This document shows, in pieces, positions 19,758 through 30,100 of a DNA stretch of 56,571 bases. The stretch is from the NCBI GenBank assembly GCA_027318475.1, contig DAHVPC010000001.1:1-56571 (forward strand), given 5' to 3'. The notes under the pieces are model-generated. The model was not told the DNA's origin and did not search any database. It saw only the letters and a list, made by a program, of their open reading frames with translations. The stretch comes from Candidatus Cloacimonadota bacterium. GTDB lineage: Bacteria > Cloacimonadota > Cloacimonadia > Cloacimonadales > Cloacimonadaceae. Numbering within the stretch: the first letter of the stretch is position 1; the number at the start of each line of letters is the position of its first letter. Position numbers and translations under genes: made by a program.

Positions 19758-19809
19758 GTAGTGTAGCATTCCAGTGCTAAACAGCTGTAGGATCGGAGTC
19801 CTACACTAC
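19758..19809. repeat. GTAG-footed REP doublet
   Basis: GTAGTGTAGCATTCCAGTGCTAAA...TGTAGGATCGGAGTCCTACACTAC: two inverted short hairpins, each with a GTAG foot. Confidence 0.6.
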
Positions 19810-19890
19810 AGCGAAGGTCTCTTCTAAATCCCGCTTCGTCGCCCTTTCAGCGCTTCAGCGAGCGCCGATACCCAGTCCCCCTTTTCACGC

Positions 19891-20305
19891 CTGTCATCCC
19901 GGAAACACGGAGTGTTACCCGGGATCCAGTTTGTTCCCTATTAAGATATCTTTCAACCTAAGTGGGTGATAAGTTAAGGGCATGTCATTTGGCCCCCGTT
20001 ATCAATACACGGTCATTACGCGCTCATTACGGGCAAAGCGCGCAATGAACGCGCAATGACCCCGTAATGCTCGCGTGAGCCAAGACCGGAGATCGGGTCC
20101 AGACTCAAAGAATTTCCCACTGCATCTGTACGTAGGGATGGGGTCTGATTGGAAATCTCAAGTACTGGATCCCGGGTAACACTGCGTGTTCCCGGGATGA
20201 CAGCACCGGGGCTGGGAGGTATTGCTGTGTCGGAGCTAGGTGGTAATGCTGTGTCATCCCGGACGCCAGGTACCCACGGAGTGGGATGGCGAGCCGGGAT
20301 CCAGT
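19891..20305. repeat. Three GTCATCCCGG...CCGGGATCCAGT palindromic repeats
   Basis: 19891-19930 and 20164-20203 are inverted copies (38/40). A third variant lies at 20252-20305. Confidence 0.8.
19995..20075. repeat. 11-bp-periodic palindrome, copy 1
   Basis: CCCGTTATCAATACACGGTCATTACGCGCTCATTACGGGCAAAGCGCGCAATGAACGCGCAATGACCCCGTAATGCTCGCG. Similar copies at 33769 and 40564. Confidence 0.85.
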
Positions 20306-20539
20306 CTTTTCGACTCTCGTTCAAACAAATCGAGTGTGTTAGTGAACGAAACTGCTTGCTACTGACTAACCTGCTTCAGCAGGTTTACTCCTCCATGTTT
20401 CTACCCACTCAAATTGGTAGAAAGCCAACAATAAGGTGCAAACGTTAGGAATTTCTTGACAGAACCTGTGTGCTGAGTCAGGAACGTTTCAGGGCTGGGT
20501 TAGCCGACCGGGCTGCGCGGCCGCGAATGGGGAGGCCAG

Positions 20540-23500
20540 ATGATCCGTTACATACCTGAGTTCATTTTGCGGCAATATGCCGCGGGCTCTATGCGGGGCA
20601 GCGTTTCCGCTTATGCCTTGCTGCTGGATATCGTGGATTTCACGCGCATCGGCACCGCGCTGCAAAAGCAGGGCAAACAAGGCGCGGAAGACCTGAGCAA
20701 GATGCTGGACGAGGTATTCGGAGCGCCCATCCAAAGCGTGGAAAGTTATGGCGGCTGTGTAACCCTCTTCGCCGGCGACGCCTTCTGCACCATCTTTCCC
20801 GCTGAAGGCCAGCCCGATATCGTTTCCGCAGTAAATGCCATCGCCGCCCATTTTGCCGATCGCGCCGAATTCCCCAGCTGTGCCGGAACCGTTAAACTGC
20901 AAGTGCGGCAGACCGTCACCTACGGCGAAATCCAGTGGCAGATCTTTGCCAACGAGCTCCAGAACGAATACGTCTTCCAGGGCGAACCCATGCGCGAACT
21001 GGCGGAGCTGGCCGCCCTCAAACAGCCGCTCATCTTTTCACGCGGCGCGGCCAACAACGCGGGTATCACGCTGTTCCACCCTCTCGAGTCCGGTTTCCGT
21101 CCCCTTGCAAGGAGTTTCGCCGTTCCCGCGCAGTTTGAGCCGGTCAGCGCAGCAGCCAGGGCCGCTTCCAGTTTCCTCAATCCCAGGTTCAAAGCGGAAA
21201 CGCCGCAGCCGGAGATCCGCACCGGAGCCTTTTGCTTCGCCAGTCTGGAATGTATCCCGGCAGGGGAGAGGGAAGCCGCCATAGCCGAACTGGAAAGGCT
21301 TGCCGACGACTGCCAGGGCCTCGTGAACAAACTGGACGCCACGGACAAGGGCTTGGCCGCGATCATCCTCTTCGGCTTGCCACGCAGCAGCGGCAAGACT
21401 TTGGACCAGATCTGCAAGTTCTCTCTGGACGCGCTGGACAAACTGCCCAAACTGGCTGTGGGGATCAGCTGCGGCGAGGTCATCGCGGGTTACACGGGCG
21501 CAGGCAACGCCCGCGAATACACCGCCATGGGGCATCCGATGAATCTGGCGGCGCGTCTGATGGGCAAGGCGCGTCCCGGCGAAATCCTCGCCGACGCCAA
21601 TTTCTGGCAGGAGTTCTACCGCAAATACTCCTTCGATTTTCTGGGCACCCTGAACCTGAAAGGGATCGACACACCGCTGCGCTATTACAGGCTGGGCAAG
21701 CAGGCCGAGGCAGGCTCCGCAGTGCAAGTAAACAGGTTTGCGGGGCGGGAAACAGAGACCGCCTTCATCCGGGATATCGTGGAGCGCGGTCTGGCCGGGG
21801 GATCTAGCGCGGTGGTCTATGTATCCGGAGAGCCGGGGATTGGCAAGACGCGCCTGGTGCTGGAGGCTCTGGCGCCATACGCAGATTCCTGCCATTTCTT
21901 CCGCCTGGGCTGCGACGCCCTGGCCGCCAAGCCTCTGGACGCGGTCACCCAGCTCGTAAAAGCGCGGTTCTATTTCAATCCGCAGTTGCCGGCACCCGTT
22001 GGAACCGCGATGTTCCGGGCTTTGTGGCAGGAACTGGCGGCTGGAGACGCTGAACTGCAGAGGGTGGAATCGCTTATCGCCTCGCTGCTGGGCTACACTT
22101 GGGAAAACTCCGTCTGGAGCATGCTTCCGGCAGCTGATAAGCCCGGCCAGTTGACCCAGGCCCTGCTGCTGCTGTTCCATAAACTGGGTGAAAAGAAGCC
22201 CTTCCTGCTGCATCTGGACGATGGCCAATGGCTGGACGCGGAGAGTTTGGACATCCTGCGGATTTGGAGCCGGCAGAAAACTGCGCCGCTGCTGATAGTC
22301 TGTCCCTGCCGGCAACTTGAAGACGGCTCGGATCTGGATTGGGAACTGGCGGGGCATGAGAAACAAAGGCTGGAACTGGATAAACTGGGCGATTCCGCCT
22401 GCCATGCCATTATCGGAAGCATCCTGCGCCTGGAATCCGTTCCCACAGCCACCCTGGATCTCATCACCGCGCGCTCCATGGGCAATCCGCTCTTCGTAGA
22501 GCAACTTACGGCATTTTTACAGGAGAACGGCAATTTGGACGACAAAGGCGCGATCGTTCCCGAGGTGGGGCACATCGCGTCCTTCGGCATCAGCGACATC
22601 GTGGGCGGACGCATCGACAGGCTGGCGGACGAACTGCGGGAATGCGTGATCTCAGCCAGCGTTCTGGGCGCCGAATTCAACGTCCGCGCGCTTTCCCGCA
22701 TGCTGAACATGCAGCTGGAGCCGGAACTGGAGGACGGGGTCAGAAACCGCATCTGGCGTCCCTTGGACGAACTGCAATACATCTTTTCGCACATCCTGAT
22801 CCGCGACACGATCTATCAGCGGACGCTGAGCGAGAAACTGCAGCGCCTGCACCAACTGGCAGCCGAAGCGCTGTCAGCCGTATTTGCCGGCGATCTGGGC
22901 GAACACTCGGAAGAGATCGCGCGGCATTACGAAAGGGCTCGGCTGCCGGTCCAGGCCGCTCAATACCTGGATCTGGCGGTAAAGCGCTATCTGGAAGACG
23001 CCCAGCTAGCCAAGGCCGAAGCATGCGCCGCCAGGGCCTTCCAGATCAGGCAGGAGGAGTTCGGAGCCGAGGACGCACGCTCTGTGGCGTCGCTATCCCA
23101 AATGGCGCAGATCAAGCATGCCCAGGGCAACTATTCCGCCGCCGAAGAACTCTACCAGAGGATCGTCGAGATCCGGGAAAGGACCTTGGGATCGGAGCAT
23201 CTGGATACTTTGGACGCGTTGGCCCAACTTGCGTCCCTGCATTTCGACCTGGCTCGCTACGATGGGTTGGAGCCAATATTCTTACGGATAATCGATAAAC
23301 GCTCGCAGATCCTGGGTTCGGAGGATCCTGCCACAGCCCTCGCCATGGCCAACCTTGCCAACCTCTACACCCAGCAAGGCAAATTTGACCAAGCCGAAAC
23401 ACTGGCCAGAGATGCTTTGGAGATCATGCAAAAAACTCACGGTGGTGAACATCCAGACACCCTGGCAGCGTTGAATAACCTGGCCAACCTGCACATCTAT

Positions 23501-23947
23501 AAAGGTGAGTGGGAGCCTGCGGAACAGCTGCTGCGCCAGGCATTGCCCGGCTGGGAAGCACTGCGCGGCAAGGAGCATCCCGACCTCGCCATGTCTTTGA
23601 ACAACCTTGCCAACGTCTATCTGAACCAGGGCAGGCATGCCGACGCGGAACCTGTGTATCAGAGGGTGATCGATATCTATGAAAAGGTGCTGGGAGCCCG
23701 GCATCCCCACACGGCGATCTCCTGGTTCAACCTCGCCGCAGTCTATGCCGCAGTGAGCCGCTACGCGGAGGCCGAGCCGCTGATCCTGAAAGCCCTCGAG
23801 GTTTGGCAGGCCAACCTGGGCGCCACGCATCCCTACACGGTGATGGCCATCCAGACCCTTAGCGACCTTTATCGAGAAATGGGGGAGCAGGAAAAGTCGG
23901 AACGCTACAAGGCCATGCTGCCCGCGGAGCAAACAGCTCCCGGATAG
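20540..23947 (+). CDS. Tandem class III nucleotidyl cyclase + STAND/AAA NTPase + TPR protein (soluble adenylate cyclase-like)
   Basis: LLDIVDFT and FAGDAF in domain 1. NKLDATDKG and EYTAMGHPMNLAARL in domain 2. Walker A GEPGIGKT, GNPLFVEQ, and 42-aa TPRs (HPDTLAALNNLA). Confidence 0.9.
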   Translation: MIRYIPEFILRQYAAGSMRGSVSAYALLLDIVDFTRIGTALQKQGKQGAEDLSKMLDEVFGAPIQSVESYGGCVTLFAGDAFCTIFPAEGQPDIVSAVNAIAAHFADRAEFPSCAGTVKLQVRQTVTYGEIQWQIFANELQNEYVFQGEPMRELAELAALKQPLIFSRGAANNAGITLFHPLESGFRPLARSFAVPAQFEPVSAAARAASSFLNPRFKAETPQPEIRTGAFCFASLECIPAGEREAAIAELERLADDCQGLVNKLDATDKGLAAIILFGLPRSSGKTLDQICKFSLDALDKLPKLAVGISCGEVIAGYTGAGNAREYTAMGHPMNLAARLMGKARPGEILADANFWQEFYRKYSFDFLGTLNLKGIDTPLRYYRLGKQAEAGSAVQVNRFAGRETETAFIRDIVERGLAGGSSAVVYVSGEPGIGKTRLVLEALAPYADSCHFFRLGCDALAAKPLDAVTQLVKARFYFNPQLPAPVGTAMFRALWQELAAGDAELQRVESLIASLLGYTWENSVWSMLPAADKPGQLTQALLLLFHKLGEKKPFLLHLDDGQWLDAESLDILRIWSRQKTAPLLIVCPCRQLEDGSDLDWELAGHEKQRLELDKLGDSACHAIIGSILRLESVPTATLDLITARSMGNPLFVEQLTAFLQENGNLDDKGAIVPEVGHIASFGISDIVGGRIDRLADELRECVISASVLGAEFNVRALSRMLNMQLEPELEDGVRNRIWRPLDELQYIFSHILIRDTIYQRTLSEKLQRLHQLAAEALSAVFAGDLGEHSEEIARHYERARLPVQAAQYLDLAVKRYLEDAQLAKAEACAARAFQIRQEEFGAEDARSVASLSQMAQIKHAQGNYSAAEELYQRIVEIRERTLGSEHLDTLDALAQLASLHFDLARYDGLEPIFLRIIDKRSQILGSEDPATALAMANLANLYTQQGKFDQAETLARDALEIMQKTHGGEHPDTLAALNNLANLHIYKGEWEPAEQLLRQALPGWEALRGKEHPDLAMSLNNLANVYLNQGRHADAEPVYQRVIDIYEKVLGARHPHTAISWFNLAAVYAAVSRYAEAEPLILKALEVWQANLGATHPYTVMAIQTLSDLYREMGEQEKSERYKAMLPAEQTAPG

Positions 23948-24077
23948 GCCATTTCTCTGTGAATTCCAGCCCAGTTTTGCTTCTGTTTGAAGTCCAAAAC
24001 GCTGATCTAGACTGCGTTAGGGGGATAATCAGGGACGCCGTTTGAACTCCAAACTCGCTACAGATGTCAGATTATAA

Positions 24078-24563
24078 TCAGATAAAGTAGAGGATGGCGA
24101 AAATCAGGTAGGAAGGCGCTGCGCAGGCTGCCGCGTATTTGAAATCCCGGAATTTCCTGAGCGCGAACCCAGAATTCACATGGATATGCGCGGCATAGTG
24201 GCGCACCAGCTCCGCCTCGGTCATAGTTTTCGTCTAGAGTTTTACATAATCAGCCTGCGCCATCTGGTTCACGGAACCGAAAAACAGGGGATTGACGCTT
24301 TTGGAGAATTTAAGCTTGGGATAGATGGAGAAAAAGAGGATCAGGGTGGAGGTGGCGAAGAAAAGCAGCGCCACGACCGACAGTACAGCCTGCAGCGGAC
24401 TGGCAAAGGAAATCACCTTGCCGGCCACATTGTAGAGGATGGCCAGATTCGCCCCCGCCAGCACCCCGTTTTTGGACTCCCCGAATTGCACCATTTCCCG
24501 GATACCCACATTGATCTTTTCCATCTCCTCCGGTGTGACTTTGCTTTCGTTTGCTGTATCCAT
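24078..24563 (-). pseudogene. Pycsar membrane-effector-like (DUF5706) gene with an in-frame TAG at 24234-24236
   Basis: MDTANE...FGESKNGVL...SIYPKL...NPLFFGSV...YVKL-TAG-TKTMTEAELVRHYAAHIHVNSGFALRKFRDFKYA...ILYFI-TGA, 162 codons in one frame. Motifs match the effector family pattern on both sides of the stop. Confidence 0.75.
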
Positions 24564-24843
24564 CCTTGCTCCTTGCGCTTTGCTGAAAATATCAAGCTCA
24601 TGGCATTGGAGATTTGTCAAGGGCAAATATGGGTTTTGTAAAAAACCGGGGCGGGAATTGAGCAGAGCGGGGAAAGACGCGCGTATCTTGCGATCGGTTC
24701 GTCCCGACCCATCAGTGCTCACCGGCAGAAAGAACTTGACAGAAAATCGACAATACCTGAAAATGCAAATTAGGTGCAGTTTCACCTTATGTCCATAAGA
24801 AAATAGATTGTAGATAGACTTGAAGTTTCTTGAAGGAGGAACG

Positions 24844-26256
24844 ATGAAAAACAAGGCTCTAATCGCTCTTTTGGCACTCGTTCTGGGTCTGGCGGGCCTT
24901 TCCGCCCAGCAGAACGCCCTGGAATTCAATTCCGAAACTCCCGCCAACGACTATATCAACCTGGGCACGAATGTTTACAACCAGTTATTCAGCGGTGCCC
25001 CCGGCTTCTCATTTGAAGCTCTGATCAATCCCTCAGCCCTGACAGCCGGCAATCCACCCAACGACAGGAACAGGATCATCAACCTCCAGGTCACGAATGG
25101 CACTGTAGCTCTTTACGTAGGCCTGACTTCCAATGGCCGCCTCGAGATCGGAGCCCGCAGCGGAGCGTCGGATTCCTATCAAAGCGTGGTTTCCGCGAAT
25201 CCCGTGGTCACAACGGGCACTTGGTACCACATCGCTGCAGTGGTGACCTTTGTATCTGGGTCCAAGAGCATCGTCGGCTATGTGGATGGCGTGCAGGTGT
25301 GCGCGAACAACTCCCCGTCTTTCGCCAACAACGCGTATGTAACCAATCCCACCAACACCGGTCAGGACATCATCGGGTTGCATCCCAGCCCGCTGCCCAC
25401 CACTTTCGACGACCAATATTACGGTTTGATGGACGAGCTGCGCGTGTGGAACTATCCCCGCACTCAAGCCCAGATCCAGGCGGACATGGACAATGAATTG
25501 ATCCTGCCGCAGACTGGCTTGATCGGCTATTGGAGATTGAACGAGACCAGCGGGTTCACCGCGGAAGACAGTTCTCCCAGCGGCATCGACGGCGCTTTGG
25601 TGAATTTCCCGCAAGAGCCCTGGGTGCCTGGCGATCCAGCCCTGCCCGTGGAACTGAGTTCCTTTACCACCACCATCAGTGCAGAGAATTTCATCAGCCT
25701 CATCTGGGTCACGCAATCTGAAACCGCCGTTGCAGGCTACTATATTTACCGTTCAGCGGACGATCAACTGGGCAACGCAGAAATCATCAGCCCAATGATT
25801 CCCGCCCATAACAGCCCCACGCAACAGATCTATAACTATACCGATAGCGACCTTTACGCCAGCGGCACTTACTATTACTGGCTGCAGAACATCGACCTGG
25901 ATGGAAGCGACGCTTTCCACGGCCCTGTTTCCGCCTATTACAACACCCAGGGCGAATACAGCACACCAGAAGTTCCGCAGACCACCGAGCTCGGTGCCTT
26001 GTATCCCAATCCCTTCAATCCGCTCGTTTTCATCCCCTACAGCCTCGACAAGGCCGCCTATGTGAACATCAGCGTTTACAACAACCGCGGCCAGATGCAG
26101 CACAAGTATGACCTGGGCGTAAAAGCCGCGGGCAACTACACCATCAGCTGGGACGGCACCGACCTTAACGGCCGTCCTGTTTCCAGCGGCGTGTACCAGG
26201 TTGTGATGACCAGCGGCAAAGAAGTCTTTACCCGCAAGGCTGTGCTGCTCAAATAG
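24844..26256 (+). CDS. Secreted LamG/concanavalin-like protein with FlgD/T9SS-like CTD
   Basis: WYHIAAV, GLMDELRVWN, LPVELSSF linker, YPNPFNP...RKAVLLK. SD AAGGAGG. Confidence 0.88.
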   Translation: MKNKALIALLALVLGLAGLSAQQNALEFNSETPANDYINLGTNVYNQLFSGAPGFSFEALINPSALTAGNPPNDRNRIINLQVTNGTVALYVGLTSNGRLEIGARSGASDSYQSVVSANPVVTTGTWYHIAAVVTFVSGSKSIVGYVDGVQVCANNSPSFANNAYVTNPTNTGQDIIGLHPSPLPTTFDDQYYGLMDELRVWNYPRTQAQIQADMDNELILPQTGLIGYWRLNETSGFTAEDSSPSGIDGALVNFPQEPWVPGDPALPVELSSFTTTISAENFISLIWVTQSETAVAGYYIYRSADDQLGNAEIISPMIPAHNSPTQQIYNYTDSDLYASGTYYYWLQNIDLDGSDAFHGPVSAYYNTQGEYSTPEVPQTTELGALYPNPFNPLVFIPYSLDKAAYVNISVYNNRGQMQHKYDLGVKAAGNYTISWDGTDLNGRPVSSGVYQVVMTSGKEVFTRKAVLLK

Positions 26257-26287
26257 CGCTGGCTGGAACTTGCTGCAGACCACACTT

Positions 26288-26318
26288 AAAGATCCGGCTT
26301 CGGCCGGGTCTTTTTTTG
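26288..26318 (+). terminator. Rho-independent terminator
   Basis: AAAGATCCGGC-TTCG-GCCGGGTCTTT followed by a T run. Confidence 0.85.
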
Positions 26319-26372
26319 CGAAATGGATTGACATGCACAATCAGGAATCCGCTTCTTGAACGTGGCTGAACC

Positions 26373-27191
26373 GTGCTCTATCTGATCCTAAGCGTCCTCT
26401 GTTCAGTGCTGATCGCCAATCTCCTGATGGTGTTCAAGCGCCGCGGACAATCCAGCATCCTGCCGGTGTTTCTGGGCAACTACCTGATGGCAGCAATCTT
26501 CAGTTGGTTCAATCTGCCGCCCGGAAAGACCTTGATGCCCACATTCGACCTGCTGTTGGGAATCGCCACGGGCGCGCTGTTCCTTGCCAATTTCTGGGTC
26601 TATCAGCGCTGCATAGTGGTTAACGGACTCTCGCTTTCAGTGGGTGTGATGCGGATTGCCATGATTATCCCGGTGTTGCTGGCGGTGCTGGTGTTCCGGG
26701 AGAGTTTGAATTGGTGGAACGTTTTAGGTATTTGTGCGGGAGTGGCGGCCTTCAGTTTTCAGGCGGATCTCCGGGAACTGCGCAAGCTGCTGTGGATCGT
26801 CGGCCTGTTCGCTGTTTCGGGAATGACGGACGCCAGTTTGAAGATCTACAAGGAACTGGGGAGCGGAGTTGAACCGGCCTTTGTTCTGATCATCTTCACT
26901 TCGGCGTTCGTGTTCACGCTGCTGGCAATCGGCCTGGGGAAGGTCCCCATCGCGCTTAAAAGCGTCTTGCTGGGCTGCCTGCTCGGCCTGCCCAACCGCT
27001 ATTCCACGGTGTTTTTCCTCAAGGGGCTGGATAGCGTTCCCGCAGCTCTGGCTTATCCGCTCGTGGCGGTATCGATCGTGCTCCTGAGCATCGCCAGCGA
27101 CCTCGTTTTCTGGAAGAAGCGAGCCATTCTGCGCGACGCCCTGCTCTGGGGACTGCTGGTCCTCAGCCTGGTCCTGCTAAATATGCGCTGA
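26373..27191 (+). CDS. EamA/DMT-family transporter
   Basis: About ten hydrophobic helices in two repeats, 272 aa. Confidence 0.8.
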   Translation: MLYLILSVLCSVLIANLLMVFKRRGQSSILPVFLGNYLMAAIFSWFNLPPGKTLMPTFDLLLGIATGALFLANFWVYQRCIVVNGLSLSVGVMRIAMIIPVLLAVLVFRESLNWWNVLGICAGVAAFSFQADLRELRKLLWIVGLFAVSGMTDASLKIYKELGSGVEPAFVLIIFTSAFVFTLLAIGLGKVPIALKSVLLGCLLGLPNRYSTVFFLKGLDSVPAALAYPLVAVSIVLLSIASDLVFWKKRAILRDALLWGLLVLSLVLLNMR

Positions 27192-27196
27192 CCCGG

Positions 27197-30100
27197 TCAC
27201 TTGGCTGGTAGGTTGGTTACCGCGCGCACGTAGTAAAAGGCCCGGGGCACGGCTTCCGCGTCCAGATATTGCGTCCCTGAACTAAAGCCCAGATAGGCGT
27301 AGGTGCCGTTGGGTTCGGTGGCGCGGAAGATCTTGTATCCCGCGGCATTTGGGACTGATGACCACACAATGGATGTCCCAGTTGGAGACTGGCTGATCTG
27401 GCTGATCTGCGGAACGGCCAATTGCAGGGGAGCCAGGCCCAAGCGGATATTGGGGCGCCAATTGCGGACTGAGCCGCCGGTGAAAACATCCGTCAGGTTG
27501 GCGGTATCGCTACCGGACCGGATGTAGCCGTTGTTCAGCGACGTCGTCTGCAGCGTACCGGAGTTCGAGTAGTTTGCCAGCATGCCAAAGGCGGTGTCGA
27601 TCACGATGTTGTCGATACCATTCCAGAGAAACGGCGAGGAGAGGTTGAGCATGTCATAGCCTCCGACAGCAGGCATGTATGAGGCATTGCTGTACACGGT
27701 CTGCATATCGGTGGGAGAAATCCAGGAAGCGGAGTTGGCGGAACTGGTATGCTTCATGCGGACCACGAAATTGACCAGCGCGAGGTTGGGCGCGGCAACC
27801 GGGAAAAACCCAAACTGCGTGATATAGGCCGGTCCGGCAATACCGGCGGCCTCTAGTTCTGCGGCGGTGTAAACGGATTGGCCGTGAATGCTCTTGTAGG
27901 TGTTGCTGATCGGGCTTAGGGTGTTGCTGTTCGTGGACGTCGTACCGGAGCCCAGGACAACAAAGGCAAGCTCGCTGGGAATTGCTTGCACAATGGCGGT
28001 AGGCTCAGATTGCCCGCCGGCGAACAGCGCGATCAGATAGTAGCTATAGGTTGTGCCGTTCACCACCGCGTAATCTGTGTAACTAAGTCCGGTGACCGTG
28101 GCCAGCAGCGCGCCATTCCTGTGGATTTGGTATCCGGTGGGGGTTCCGGATACAGGAGCCTGCCAAGCCAGGTTAACATAGCTATTGCCAGCTGAGGCAG
28201 TCAGGTTTTGCGGCGGGGCGTAATACACGGCGTTGGGCGGCAGGATTATGTGGTCCAGCCAGGCGCAGTCGCTGCCTCCGGTGGTATTGGTGTCTTTGGC
28301 GTAAGTCCAGTTAAAGGAATGCGCCCCAGCTGATACAGGATAGCTTTGAAGCGCCCAGCTTCCTGCTCCGGACCACTGTCCCTGCTGTACTCCGTCAATG
28401 TAAAAAGTCAGAAAATCCCAGCCGGATTCCGAGGACACTTTTTGATAGAAGGCAATGGTTCCCGCGCTTGTAACATTCAAGGACAGGATCAGGCTGGTGG
28501 ACGCGCTGTCGCCTATCGGACCAGACTTCGCGGCGTAGGTTCCAGAGAATTTCTCCGAACTTTGCACCGTCCAGGGTATGGAACTGGAGTTATTCCAAGG
28601 ATACAAGGTGAAATCGCCCGTTTCAAAGCCTTCATGGGGAGGCGCCAGCAGATAGACCGAGACGGTCCGCACCGCTTGAGTGGCGCTGTTGTCCGTGGCG
28701 ACAACCTTGATGGTGTAAGATCCTCCGCTGTAGCCGTTGGTGTTCCAAACCCAGGAGTAGGGAGTACTGGGGTCTGTGTACTGCAGAGCGTCGTTGATGT
28801 AAAAAGCCACTCCAGTGACTGTTCCGTCGGCATCAGAGGCGGTTACGCTCACGGTTACATTGCTGTTCAGGTTGAAGACAGATCCATTGGCAGGTGAGTC
28901 GATAGTACAGCTGGGAGCTCCGGGTATGGGATTGCCGAGTACAAAGCTGATGGTGCTGCCGGCCGAGCCGATGGAGCTGATCTGTAAACCGCCGGCCGAT
29001 CCGTTGGTGAGAAAGGGAGTGGGGTTCGTGGTGGAGTTGATCGCCGTCCTGCCTGTTTCCAGGCTGTAATTGGCGGCGGAAACGGTACCGTTCACCGTGG
29101 TGGTGCCGTTGGGACGGTAGAGATACACTTCGTCCGGAGGGCCGTCCGCGTTGCCGTCACCAACCGTCGTGTTGATCCTGTATACCAGCAATCCACTCCC
29201 GGGGATGCTGCTCTCGAAAGTACCCGTGTCCCGCCTGTATTCAACTACGAAATACTCGGTGGTCGAGTTGGGCGAGGGGATCTTGTAGCAGTTGTTGGTG
29301 GAGGAAACCAGAGGATTGAGGGTGTAGGTGCCGTCCACGGTCAAAGTGGGGATGGAGGCGATCCAGTGGCCATACTTGTATTTCATGAACGCGCTCATAT
29401 GCTGGGGCGGATTGGTGTCGTTTTCCATCAAGTCCCAGGAGCCGACTGTGCTCAGGCCGTCGTAGCTGTAGTGGTAAAGGTCTGGCGCGCCGAGAGAATG
29501 GAACATTTCGTGGCAGAGGACGCCTACGCCGCTGCTGGCCAAGAAGTCGGAGAGTTGAAAGTTGAAATCGTAAACCCGCTTGCTGTTGATGTACACGTAG
29601 CGGTCGTAGATCGACCATCGGTGCGGCCAGAGCAGTTCCGCCCAGCCATCCGAACTGCCTTTGATGACGAAGCAGACGTTATCGACCAGGCCATCGTTAT
29701 CGCCATCCAGGTTCAGGCTAGTCGGGATCTGGGCGCTGACTCCGTTAATCGCGTTGGCCAACAGTGTGAACTCCCGGTCAGTCCGCTCCGCATCGCCATT
29801 GTAACCGATCGTGTTGGACGTGCTATATGGGCTGTAATAGGCCCGGGGATGCGAATCCTGCCAGGAAACGACCATCGTGGAAGGTGTGGGATAGAAGGAA
29901 GTAGGGATGCTGAGCGCATTGTAGGACGCTTCCAGGAAATAGGATTGCATCGTGTTTCCGGTGCTGCCGTTGAACATGGAACTGTAGGTGGAAATCGACT
30001 GGCCGAATTCTGTCTGGTCGGAAAAGCGGATGAAGATGGCGAGATTGTTCAAGGTTCCCGATGTGGGCGCCCTGCCGCTTCCTGCAGCTTGGAGTTGGCT

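Noticed and set aside
23960-24024. attC-like hairpin downstream of the Pycsar-like gene (CCCTAAC box on the minus strand)
   Set aside because: Only one core box is recognisable, the matching GTTRRRY is missing, and no integron integrase is present.
23985-24059. Two GTTTGAA(G/C)TCCAAA..CGCT direct repeats 55 bp apart, resembling a mini-CRISPR
   Set aside because: Only two ~19-nt imperfect copies, with no leader and no cas genes.
24234-24236. Genome-wide TAG reassignment
   Set aside because: TAG terminates several intact genes exactly at their expected C-termini, e.g. after the CTD ...LLK.
24564-24947. N-terminal 128 aa of the 237-aa ORF 24234-24947
   Set aside because: It crosses two divergent TTGACA promoters and the LamG start. 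The true start is more likely ATG 24563, after AAGGAG.
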